Source of the DNA: Acidobacteriota bacterium
GTDB lineage: Bacteria > Acidobacteriota > UBA6911
Assembly: GCA_963664705.1 (NCBI GenBank)
Contig: OY761556.1
Coordinates: 3,008,001-3,072,000, forward strand
Reading direction: 5' to 3'
Length of the DNA: 64,000 nt
The position numbers and the translations under genes are program-made. Of this stretch, positions 9,116 through 18,534 are shown piece after piece. How positions within the stretch are numbered: the first letter of the stretch is position 1; each line of letters opens with the position of its first letter. Below the pieces are notes generated by a model, which was not told where the DNA came from, did not search any database, and saw only the letters and a list, made by a program, of their open reading frames with translations.

Positions 9116-10672
9116 CTATTGCCCGCCGCTACTCTTCGTCTGTTCACGAAGCCGCGAGATGTAAGAGTCAAATACTTTCACGTTATCCAGGTTCGGCAAG
9201 GGTCTCGCGCTGGGGGATGCGTCGAACAGCATCACCTTTTGACCACCCTCCGCAAAGGCCGGCCACGCAGGCAGTCCCGGACCATTCGGATCCCCTTTCC
9301 TGGCAAAGTTGACCCAGTAGGTACTGATCAGATCGGATAGCTTCAAATCCTCCGGTTTGGGGGAACTCTGACGTCCGTCCAGAGTCTGGAATGCATACGG
9401 GACATCGCTGCCGTGGCCGGAGCCAACATCTGTAGAACCGGGATGATAGTCGAAGAGATATTCGAATGCCTTGCCCTTTCCCTTCTGAGACTGCAGCCGA
9501 GCCCATGTCCAGGTATTCCAGGCGGACGAGCTTTGCCGGACTGCTCTCGACGCCTTTGCGGCTTCGGCATCGGTTGAATGAGGATAGGCGCTCAGGATGG
9601 CATCGGCATGCTGGCCATATTGCGACCGGATCTGTTTTTCGAATTCGGCCATCGTCACATTCGACCGAGTCATGGATGCGGCTTCTTCTGAGGTGTTGCC
9701 GAGCAATATGGGCGTATCATTAAAGCGTCCCGCCAGATATAGGGATGCAAGGTCACCCGGGATCACATACCCGTCTGCCGCCGGCCGGAATCCGCCGCCG
9801 AACCCCTCCATGCCTTTCTGAACCGCTTCTGCGCTCAATGCCCGCGCCGCTTTAAGATCCGCCGCTCCCAGTTTTTTCAGAAAATCCTCGCCTCTCGATT
9901 CCGCCACCTTAAGCGCGGGGATGCCGCCCATTCCGGCCTGAGTCGAAGTCTGCAGCGGGGTAAACGTCCCGCCGCTCATACAGATGACGCGGTGGAACAG
10001 TCCCTTCGAAACCGGGGATGCGGCCAGCATGCTGACCGCAGCGCCGCCGGCTGAATGGCCGAAGATCGTCACATTGGCAGGATCGCCTCCGAATCGGGCA
10101 ATGTTCGCTTTTACCCATTTCAGTCCGGCAATCATATCCTCGAGTCCGTAGGCGCCGGATCCTTTGCCGCTCTCACGACTGAGTTCGGGATGGGCTAGAA
10201 AACCAAATGGGCCGACTCGATAGGCAACACTGACCAGCACTACACCCTTCTTGGCAAAGCCCTTCCCGTCATACATGGAGACACTGGTCGATCCGCCGCT
10301 GAAGCCGCCTCCATAAATCCAGACAATCACGGGAATTTTTTCACCAGACCTTTTGGCGGGCGTCCATACATTCAGGTACAGGCAATCTTCGCCGACCGGA
10401 GATGTATTCCCCTGCGAGTTGGCGGGTTGCATGCAGGCGAGTCCAAAAGCATCCGCCTTTTTAATGCCGGTCCAGGGTTGCAGAGGTGCAGGAGCTTTCC
10501 AGCGCAGATCGCCCACCGGCGGCGCTGCAAATGGAATCCCTTTGAAAATGGAAAGGCCTTCCGAGACGACACCCTGCACTTCCCCGCCCGTCACTTTGGC
10601 CGTTTGAATTTGAGAAGCCGCGAATTGCGCAAATACGCCGGATAAAAAAATGGCGACCAGGACTTTCTTCAT
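9116..10672 (-). CDS. Secreted type-B carboxylesterase (p-nitrobenzyl esterase-like)
   Basis: FKGIPFAAPPVGDLRW, EDCLYLNVW, WIYGGGF, nucleophile GHSAG, HGSDVPY. Signal peptide MKKVLVAIFL; GGAGG RBS. Confidence 0.93.
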   Translation of the reverse strand: MKKVLVAIFLSGVFAQFAASQIQTAKVTGGEVQGVVSEGLSIFKGIPFAAPPVGDLRWKAPAPLQPWTGIKKADAFGLACMQPANSQGNTSPVGEDCLYLNVWTPAKRSGEKIPVIVWIYGGGFSGGSTSVSMYDGKGFAKKGVVLVSVAYRVGPFGFLAHPELSRESGKGSGAYGLEDMIAGLKWVKANIARFGGDPANVTIFGHSAGGAAVSMLAASPVSKGLFHRVICMSGGTFTPLQTSTQAGMGGIPALKVAESRGEDFLKKLGAADLKAARALSAEAVQKGMEGFGGGFRPAADGYVIPGDLASLYLAGRFNDTPILLGNTSEEAASMTRSNVTMAEFEKQIRSQYGQHADAILSAYPHSTDAEAAKASRAVRQSSSAWNTWTWARLQSQKGKGKAFEYLFDYHPGSTDVGSGHGSDVPYAFQTLDGRQSSPKPEDLKLSDLISTYWVNFARKGDPNGPGLPAWPAFAEGGQKVMLFDASPSARPLPNLDNVKVFDSYISRLREQTKSSGGQ

Positions 10673-10958
10673 TGCTGCCTCCATTGAGAGCCCGATAATC
10701 GTAACCAAAAACCTACTTCATCCTAAATTTGATTGGGATGCAAATGATTATATAGGACTTCGTTCATTTCATTTGAATCGCCGGTGAAAAAATCGGTTGT
10801 ATATCTGCCGCGAGATCCGCCAATCTCACAAATGTGTTGCTTTTGCGCAAAAATCGGGAAATATGGACATGCATGGGACGTATGCTCTATAAGGAGCGAA
10901 GCTCTTTGGTGCAAACAGTCCCGCAATCATTCCAGGCATATAAAAGGGAGTGCATGCT

Positions 10959-13343
10959 ATGGCAGACCTAGCAGGAGTAAACGGAACCAGAAAAGATTTC
11001 AGGGTCGTCGGAAAACCCAACCTTCCGGGCGTATTGTCCTGGTCACAGGCAACCGGCGTGGCAAAATTCGGCATCGACTATGCCGTTTCAGGCATGCTTC
11101 ATGCCAAGTTTCTCCGAAGCCCCCATGCGAACGCTCGCATCAAGAGCCTCGATGCTACAAAGGCCAAAGCCATTCCCGGAGTCGTCGACATTGTCACCTG
11201 GGAAGACGAGGATCTTAAAAACCTGGGTGGCGGCGGCCGGATGGGCGCATCTCAGGGATTTCTGAGCAACCTGGCCGACCAGGAAGGGGCTGAAGTCGGC
11301 GCCATTGTTGTCGCTGAAAATGAAGACCTCTGCGAAGAAGCATTGCGCGCGCTTGTTATCGAATGGGAGGAACTGCCTTTTGTGGTAGATCTGCGCAAAG
11401 GAAGAGAGACCGATGCGCCCGTCATTCGACCTGCCCCGCCGGCAGCCAAAGCCGGAAGCCCCGGTGGCGGCATGGGCGGAGCAAGAGGTGCCAGCAACAA
11501 TCCTCCTAAAAAAGGAAATGTCAACTATTCCAACATTAGTGATGGCGACATTGAGAAGGGATTTAAGGAAGCAGATCACATTCTTGAATATGATGTGAAC
11601 ACCGCCGCTTTTGCCGGGCATATCCCCAATCCTTTGGGCACGGTTGCCTGGTGGTTTGACAATCCGCTTCATGGAGAAGGAAAAAACCTGCAAATTGAAG
11701 GAGTCCCCTGGGGGCATGACCAGGTATCCGGCATGAACCGCGTCGCTTCAGACAAAGTTTTCCAGGAGTGCATGTTTGTAGGCGGCCGATACTGTGACTG
11801 GGGCATCCGCAAATCGCAGCAGATCACTCCATTCCTCGCCAAGAGAACCGGCAGACCTGTGCGATGTGTCAACAGCCGAGCGGATATGTATGACTTCAAT
11901 CTGAACCAGCGCTATGTCCATTTGAAGATTGGGTTCAAAAGCAACGGTCTGATCACTGCCATCGACGACTTTTCCATTGCCGACGGAGGCGTTCAGGGAA
12001 GCTCCAATTTCGGGAATACCATGGACCAGACCTATGGCCCCTATTTCACGACGAAGTGTCAGAACGTCAAACAGAATATGGAGGTCGTGGACAGCAACCG
12101 CGGGAAGATGTACGTCAGCGGCCAGCACAATCCAATGAGCTGGGATTCCCTGATGGTGGGACTTTATCTGATCGCGGAAAAGCTGGGCAAGGATCCGATA
12201 GAAATCGCAACGCTGAATCTTCATGGCCCGGAATCCCAGACCGATCCCAACCCCGTTCCCAGCTACGAAGCCTGCGTGGCAGCGGTAAAAAAGATGATGA
12301 ATTGGAACTGGCACCCGACAGCCTCGAAAAAGCTGCCGGACGGACGTTTGCACGGGGCGAGCTTCCGCTATAACCAGTGCCCGCGTCACTCGGTTTCAGG
12401 CTACAACCCCAAACTCGAGCTTCGAGGCGGCATCGTGCACCTGCCCTCCAAGGGGCCCATCATTGGCCACTATGGCCTGGAAGCCAATGCGATGACTGTA
12501 GCGGAGGAGTTGGGTCTTGAATACAAGGATATCCGCATAGATCTGGATCACCATGAAGTCTACAGGCCTTTTGGAGGAGGAAGTGACGGATCGACCGCCT
12601 CTTCCTGGGCAGTGAAGGAGTGCGCCAATATTCTGAAAAAGCGCATCCTGGAAACTGCCATTGAGGAAGCCAATAATCCCCCGGCGGCCGGAGGAATGGG
12701 CATGATGGGAGGGCCGGGAGCCAAACAGGCGCCCAATCCCTTCAAGGGGCTGAAGCCTGAAGACCTGGACATGCAGGGTGGCAAGGTTATTGTCAAAGCC
12801 GATCCAAGCAAGGGGCTTCCGCTGGCACAGGCTGTTCGGGCCAATCTGTTTGCAACCTATTCCGGCAGACCCCCGCAAGCCGTCTGGGCTCAAAGGGGCA
12901 AAGTGCTGGACGCCATGAACGTGGCCACCTGCGAGGTTGCAGTCGACACCGAAACCGGAGAAGTAGAAGTCCTTAGGTTCGGAGTCGTTGCGGATCCCGG
13001 TAAGATCATGCGGCAGACATCACTGGAAAGTCAGATTCACCAGGTAATGGATTTCACCAAAGGATGCCAGCTTCAGGAGGAATTCATTTTCGATCCGAAG
13101 ACCGGAGTGAGACTCAGCACAAACATGTTCGAGTACAAAAAGGTCAGCATGCTGGATATGCCCCAGGTGGATCTGCAGCTATTGGAAACACGGGCCAGCA
13201 ATGCCTGCTACGGAGGCAGCGGCATCAGTCACTCCCTGGCAAACACGCATCTCGTCATCATGGCCATCCACAATGCCATTGGGAAGTGGGTTGAATCGCC
13301 GGCCACTCCCGAAAAGGTTCTTAAAGCTCTGGGGAAAGCTTAG
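10959..13343 (+). CDS. Xanthine dehydrogenase family molybdopterin-binding subunit, copy B
   Basis: Colinear and largely identical by eye to 4824..7205. AAGGGAG RBS before ATG 10959. Confidence 0.9.
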   Translation: MADLAGVNGTRKDFRVVGKPNLPGVLSWSQATGVAKFGIDYAVSGMLHAKFLRSPHANARIKSLDATKAKAIPGVVDIVTWEDEDLKNLGGGGRMGASQGFLSNLADQEGAEVGAIVVAENEDLCEEALRALVIEWEELPFVVDLRKGRETDAPVIRPAPPAAKAGSPGGGMGGARGASNNPPKKGNVNYSNISDGDIEKGFKEADHILEYDVNTAAFAGHIPNPLGTVAWWFDNPLHGEGKNLQIEGVPWGHDQVSGMNRVASDKVFQECMFVGGRYCDWGIRKSQQITPFLAKRTGRPVRCVNSRADMYDFNLNQRYVHLKIGFKSNGLITAIDDFSIADGGVQGSSNFGNTMDQTYGPYFTTKCQNVKQNMEVVDSNRGKMYVSGQHNPMSWDSLMVGLYLIAEKLGKDPIEIATLNLHGPESQTDPNPVPSYEACVAAVKKMMNWNWHPTASKKLPDGRLHGASFRYNQCPRHSVSGYNPKLELRGGIVHLPSKGPIIGHYGLEANAMTVAEELGLEYKDIRIDLDHHEVYRPFGGGSDGSTASSWAVKECANILKKRILETAIEEANNPPAAGGMGMMGGPGAKQAPNPFKGLKPEDLDMQGGKVIVKADPSKGLPLAQAVRANLFATYSGRPPQAVWAQRGKVLDAMNVATCEVAVDTETGEVEVLRFGVVADPGKIMRQTSLESQIHQVMDFTKGCQLQEEFIFDPKTGVRLSTNMFEYKKVSMLDMPQVDLQLLETRASNACYGGSGISHSLANTHLVIMAIHNAIGKWVESPATPEKVLKALGKA

Positions 13344-13357
13344 TTGTTTCTCCCTGC

Positions 13358-13405
13358 GGCCTCGATCAAAGCAATGGCGTCTGCGCAACTGCATTGATCG
13401 AGGCC
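13358..13405. terminator. Hairpin between convergent XDH-B and RND genes
   Basis: GGCCTCGATCAA...TTGATCGAGGCC, 12-bp arms that can be extended. Confidence 0.55.
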
Positions 13406-13440
13406 TTCCCGCAATTTCGCTCTTCATCTGACTTTCGCGT

Positions 13441-16400
13441 TCATCGTTTTCTAAATTCGCCAAGGCGCTGCATCGCGACATAAAATACCGGGACAAAAGG
13501 AATAGCCAGAAGTGTGGAGGAGATCATGCCCCCAAACACCACGGTTCCAAGAGCTCTCTGGCTTGCCGCACCCGGCCCGGTGGCGAAGAGAAGCGGCGCA
13601 ACACCCAGGATGAATGCAAAGGACGTCATCACGATGGGCCGGAATCTGCGGCGCGTCGCCTCAACGGCAGCCTCGGTCGCAGGGATTTCCCTGTGCAATT
13701 CCCGCGCGAACTCAACAATGAGGATTGCATTCTTGCTTGCGAGCGCGATCATCAGAACCAATCCCACCTGCGTGTAGAGATCCGTTCCATAGCCGCGAAT
13801 CATCAGTGCAAGCAGGACGCCAACGAGCGCCACCGGGACAACCAGGATAACCGATGCGGGAGAAGTCCAGCTTTCGTAAAGTGCAGCCAGCACCAGATAG
13901 ACCAAAATGATCGAAAATGCATAAATAAAGTATGCCTGGTTTCCTACCTGCTTTTCCTGGTAGCTCGTTGAGGTCCATTCGGGTGCCAGGCCTTCCGGCA
14001 AAGTGCCGGCCGACAGTTGCTCCATTTTGGCGATCGCCTGGCCCGAACTGAATCCCGGCGCGGATGAGCCGAAGATGGCCGCTGCGGGATAGAGGTTATA
14101 GCGGGTTATCACTTCCGCACCTTGAGTTCTTCGGACTTCCAGGAGTGAACCCAGCGAAACCATTTCCCCCTGCTGGTTCTGAACGTACAGTTTTTTGATA
14201 TCCTGCGGCTGCAGCCGAAAGGGAGTATCCGCCTGGATGTAGACCTGGAAAACCTGGTTAAATTTGTTGAACAGGTTAACGAATGAAGACCCCAGATAGG
14301 ACTGCAGAGTATTGAAAACGCTGGAAAGAGGAACCTGGAGCGATTCTGCCTTGGTTCTGTCGATATCAAGGAAGAGCTGGGGGCTGCTGACGCTGAAAGT
14401 CGTTTGAAGGCCGCGAAGGTCCATTTGGGCGTTTCCCTTCTCAATGAGCGCTGTTACTCCCTGCTGAAGCCGCGTCAGCCCCAAACTGCGCCGATCCTCC
14501 ACCATCATCTGGAAGCCGCCCGTCTGGCCGAGGCCCCGGATCGGCGGCGGAATTACCACAAAGACGAGCGCTTCCTGAATGCCGGCAAGATCCCGATTGA
14601 GATTGGCTACAATCTTTTCCTGGGTTAAAGCAGAACCTCGTTCCTTCCAGTCCCGGTATACGATGAACGTGGTGGAGAAATTCGGGACGTTGGCATTGTC
14701 CAGGACATTGAATCCACCAAGCACGACCCAGAATCCTATTCCGGGAGTCTTCTTGAGAATGGCATCCACCTTTTCTGTTACCGCCTGAACTCGAGGTTGC
14801 GAAACCCCCTCCGGCAGTCTTGCCACCAGAATGGCATAACCCTGGTCCTCGGTCGGGAGAAAGCCTGTCGGACGGTTGATGAAGATCAGAAAGGCAGGCG
14901 TGATGATCATGCCAAAAACAATGATCATCAGGAATGGCCGTTTCACCATCCATGCGACGGTGCGGACATATCCATCGGTGATCATTTGGAAGCCCCGGTT
15001 AAACGTTCGGTAGAAAATATTCGGACGCTTTTGTTTCCGGGCTTTAAGCCACAGTGCACATTGCACAGGCTTTAGTGTCAGCGCATTGATGGCGCTGATA
15101 ACGGTTGTGGATGCAATAACGAGAGCGAACTGGCGAAAAATCTGTCCCGTAATTCCCGGCAGAAAGGCGGCAGGAAGAAAGACGGAGACGAGAGCCAACG
15201 TGATACCCATAACAGGTCCCGTCAGCTCCGCCATCGCCTTGATTGCAGCCTCTTTGGGCGGCATTCCCTTTTCAATAAAGTAAGCACTCCCTTCCACAAT
15301 CACAATGGCATCGTCGACAACAATCCCAATTGCCAGGATCAGGGCAAAAAGCGTCATCAGGTTGATCGTAAAACCCAGGGCCGCTATCGCGATGAAGGCG
15401 CCGATGATTGTGACCGGAACGGTAGTGGCAGGAACGAGCATCGCCCTGAAATCCTGCAGAAATACAAGAATCACCACGAGCACCAGAATAGCGGCAATGA
15501 TCAAGGTTTCGTAAACATGGGAGATCGCGGCCCGGACAAATCTGGTTGTGTCATATCGGATTTCGTATTTCAACCCTGGCGGAAATTGTGTACGCATTTC
15601 CGTCATTGCCCCGTAGACCTGGTCCGCGGCCGCGATGGCATTCGCGTTCGGCAAAGCAAAAACGATGACCAGGGCAGCTCTGTGCCCGGTGAATCTCGAA
15701 AAGTTGCTGAAGCTTTGCTGGCTTAAAACGATACGTCCTATGTCCTTCAGTCGCACGATCTGGGCGGCCTGGCCTGTGGCTGAGCGAATGATAATGTCTT
15801 CGAACTGACTCGCATCGGACAACCGTCCTATGGCACTCAGGGTAAACTGGTGGGGTTGATCCGCAGGCACCGGTGGCGCCCCCAACTGCCCGGCAACAAC
15901 CTGAATATTCTGGCTTTGGATGGCACCAATCACATCTTGTGTAGTGAGGCCGAAGGCCTGCATCCTGGCTGGATCCAGCCAGATTCTCATGCTGTACGCG
16001 CCGGCACCTCTGACAAGCACCTGACCAACGCCGGGCAGTCGGGCCAGCGGGTTCTGCAGGTTGATTACCGCATAATTCGACAGAAAGACCTCGTCAAATT
16101 TTTCATCATCGGAGTAAAGGCTGACGACAAGCAGAATATTGGGAGAAACCTTGCGTACCGTAATCCCCTGCTGCTGGACTCCGCCCGGGAGTTGGGCCAG
16201 CGATCCATTCACAAGATTCTGCACCAGAGCCAGCGATGCATTGAGGTCCGTCCCGATATCAAACGTTATGGTCAGGTTATAGGAACCGTCACTGCTGCTT
16301 GTGGATGAAAGATACATCGAACCTTCAACGCCATTCACGGCCTGCTCAATCGGCACTCCGATCGTCTGGGCCACAACCTCGGCACTCGCACCGGGATATC

Positions 16401-16545
16401 TTGCGCTCACTTGAATTGTCGGAGGCACAATTTGTGGATACTGGGCAACAGGCAACTTCCGGAGGAAAACCAGTCCGACCATGATCGTGACCAGCGCGAT
16501 CACATTGGCGAATATAGGTCTTTCAATGAAGAACCGGGAGATCAT
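13441..16545 (-). CDS. RND efflux permease (HAE1, AcrB/MexF-like)
   Basis: MISRFFIERPIFA, LPVAQYPQIVPP, GIVVDDAIVIVE, ASKNAILIVEFA, RFRPIVMTS. ATGA overlap with the MFP stop. Confidence 0.95.
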   Translation of the reverse strand: MISRFFIERPIFANVIALVTIMVGLVFLRKLPVAQYPQIVPPTIQVSARYPGASAEVVAQTIGVPIEQAVNGVEGSMYLSSTSSSDGSYNLTITFDIGTDLNASLALVQNLVNGSLAQLPGGVQQQGITVRKVSPNILLVVSLYSDDEKFDEVFLSNYAVINLQNPLARLPGVGQVLVRGAGAYSMRIWLDPARMQAFGLTTQDVIGAIQSQNIQVVAGQLGAPPVPADQPHQFTLSAIGRLSDASQFEDIIIRSATGQAAQIVRLKDIGRIVLSQQSFSNFSRFTGHRAALVIVFALPNANAIAAADQVYGAMTEMRTQFPPGLKYEIRYDTTRFVRAAISHVYETLIIAAILVLVVILVFLQDFRAMLVPATTVPVTIIGAFIAIAALGFTINLMTLFALILAIGIVVDDAIVIVEGSAYFIEKGMPPKEAAIKAMAELTGPVMGITLALVSVFLPAAFLPGITGQIFRQFALVIASTTVISAINALTLKPVQCALWLKARKQKRPNIFYRTFNRGFQMITDGYVRTVAWMVKRPFLMIIVFGMIITPAFLIFINRPTGFLPTEDQGYAILVARLPEGVSQPRVQAVTEKVDAILKKTPGIGFWVVLGGFNVLDNANVPNFSTTFIVYRDWKERGSALTQEKIVANLNRDLAGIQEALVFVVIPPPIRGLGQTGGFQMMVEDRRSLGLTRLQQGVTALIEKGNAQMDLRGLQTTFSVSSPQLFLDIDRTKAESLQVPLSSVFNTLQSYLGSSFVNLFNKFNQVFQVYIQADTPFRLQPQDIKKLYVQNQQGEMVSLGSLLEVRRTQGAEVITRYNLYPAAAIFGSSAPGFSSGQAIAKMEQLSAGTLPEGLAPEWTSTSYQEKQVGNQAYFIYAFSIILVYLVLAALYESWTSPASVILVVPVALVGVLLALMIRGYGTDLYTQVGLVLMIALASKNAILIVEFARELHREIPATEAAVEATRRRFRPIVMTSFAFILGVAPLLFATGPGAASQRALGTVVFGGMISSTLLAIPFVPVFYVAMQRLGEFRKR

Positions 16546-17753
16546 TGCCTTGAGCGCCTTTTCGGTGGCGCCGGGGTCGAGTCTTGCACCATCGCATCCT
16601 CCTGCCGGCGTTCCGGTATGATTTCGTGCCCTGGAATCGATCGTACCAGGCCGTTCACAATGACCCATTCTTCTTCATTCAAACCATCTTCGATGACCCT
16701 CAGATCATTTTTCAATGATCCGATCCGAACATTCCGGCGCTGAACGATATTTTTCTCTCCGTCAATCAGGAGATAGGATCCCTGCTGATCGTTGGATACC
16801 GCCATTTCAGGTACGAGCAGAGCCGATCTTTCGTGGAAAGGAATCTGGATTCGCGCATACAAGCCGGGCAGAATCCTTCCGGATGCATTGGGAAACAGTC
16901 CCCGCAGCAGCAATGTGCCGCTTGTGGCGGCCAGGTTTGTGGCGGCAAAATCAACATATCCCCGATGTGGATAATCTTTCTCTTCAAGGACACTCAGGAA
17001 TGCCGGCAGTTTGACGCCGCCGGCCCGCTCCGGGGTCCAGCGCGTCTGACTCATCAAGCGGGCAAGGTCTGCATCGCTTATGTTGAAATATGCATAGATG
17101 GGATCGATCTCACTGATCTGTGCAAGAACAGTATTGGCGCCCGCGCCTACCATATTCCCCGGATCGACCAGCCTGCGATCCATTCTGCCGTCGAAAGGAG
17201 CCCTGACTTCCGTATAAGATAGATTCAGGCTGGCAAGACTTCTTTGCGCTTCTGCCGCACTCAGGTTCGCCTGTGCCTCATTCCTTTGACTTACCCAATT
17301 ATCATAATCGCTCTTGGAAACTGCCGACTTCTGCACAAGGTCGGCATAGCGCCGCATCTGAATCTCGGCATATTCGAGTTGTGCCTTTTGCTGTAGAACG
17401 GCTGCCTCCGCCTGGCGCAGGTTCTCCTGGTACGTATTTTGCTGGATCAGAAAAAGCAATTGCCCCTTTTTGACAAATTGGCCATCCTTAAAATAAACGC
17501 CCTCCAGATATCCCGACACACGGGCAACAAGCTGAACCGTATTGATGGCCTGAGTGTTTCCCGTCAGATCAAGATAGTCCGTAATCTTTCTTCGGATTGG
17601 ATGCGCCACCGTAGCTTTAGGAAGAGACGGAGGGATTGAGGGACTCGCCTCCTGACAAGCAGTAAACAACAGCGGCAAAATTGCAGAATAAATAAGGAGT
17701 ACACAGGCTTGGCGGGAATAGCGAAGACGAAGATCCATTCTATGCAAAGTCAT
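16542..17753 (-). CDS. RND efflux membrane fusion protein (lipoprotein)
   Basis: ARVSGYL, VKKGQLLF, LSYTEVRAPFDG, VDPGNMV; lipobox-like LLFTAC. Start codon uncertain. Confidence 0.9.
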   Translation of the reverse strand: MTLHRMDLRLRYSRQACVLLIYSAILPLLFTACQEASPSIPPSLPKATVAHPIRRKITDYLDLTGNTQAINTVQLVARVSGYLEGVYFKDGQFVKKGQLLFLIQQNTYQENLRQAEAAVLQQKAQLEYAEIQMRRYADLVQKSAVSKSDYDNWVSQRNEAQANLSAAEAQRSLASLNLSYTEVRAPFDGRMDRRLVDPGNMVGAGANTVLAQISEIDPIYAYFNISDADLARLMSQTRWTPERAGGVKLPAFLSVLEEKDYPHRGYVDFAATNLAATSGTLLLRGLFPNASGRILPGLYARIQIPFHERSALLVPEMAVSNDQQGSYLLIDGEKNIVQRRNVRIGSLKNDLRVIEDGLNEEEWVIVNGLVRSIPGHEIIPERRQEDAMVQDSTPAPPKRRSRQ

Positions 17754-17959
17754 GCAGCCCGTTTGTAAAAGACTCAAAGTTTCTGTTGGGGGGAACGGGG
17801 GGAGGAACTACTTGAGTAAACCAGGGACCAAATTCGTATTAAATTCTAGCGTACAATCGGGCCTTTTCCAAGATCGGCCCTGCCAGCCTTGGGAGTACGG
17901 TACAACGAAAGATGACAATTCGGGGGGGAGGGGAGGGGGGAACGTCAATTGAAGGGACG

Positions 17960-18349
17960 CTAGCGCGGGGAATTTACGGTCCGATGCGTGTGCTGTTCCT
18001 TCGTCACATGCAACAGATAGCCATCTTCCCCGGGAAGCCATAGTTCGGATAGGTAATAGGCATCACCTACTTTGTCGAAGACTATATGCGAATCGTTGGG
18101 TGTCGTGTGGATTTCGGAGCCCAGCCTGGTAATGACGAGGATATCGGCAGCAGGTCCCTTCTTCATGGATTGTATCTGGATCAGGTCCTCTTTATCCCCT
18201 TTCACAATTTGATACTGCCCCGCTGGAAAAGTCTGCTTCCCGACAATGAACGGGAACGGGATATCGGCATGAACACGCTCTGCCGCTTGAGCGGAAACAA
18301 AAGCTACCAAGGCCACCAAACCGAGCGCCAATGCTATTTTTGTCCTCAT
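17960..18349 (-). CDS. Small secreted beta-rich hypothetical protein
   Basis: AAGGAGG RBS, signal peptide MRTKIALALGLVALVAFVSAQA, and the motif ADIPFPFIVG...PAGQY that I recognise as typical of acidobacterial hypotheticals. Confidence 0.75.
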   Translation of the reverse strand: MRTKIALALGLVALVAFVSAQAAERVHADIPFPFIVGKQTFPAGQYQIVKGDKEDLIQIQSMKKGPAADILVITRLGSEIHTTPNDSHIVFDKVGDAYYLSELWLPGEDGYLLHVTKEQHTHRTVNSPR

Positions 18350-18534
18350 TGCAACCTCCTTAATTCTCAATTGATTTGAGGGATTCTGTTTGAAAAATGA
18401 TCAGGTTTTTTCTATTTTCATTTTTCACTCCCTGTCAATTCGAAAATACGAGCTTGGGCCCCTTGCGTTTCAAGTGGGAAGGCTAATCGGTCCGGGGTGA
18501 TCCAACTCGTTCAGCGGTTCATTGCGGCGCTTGA

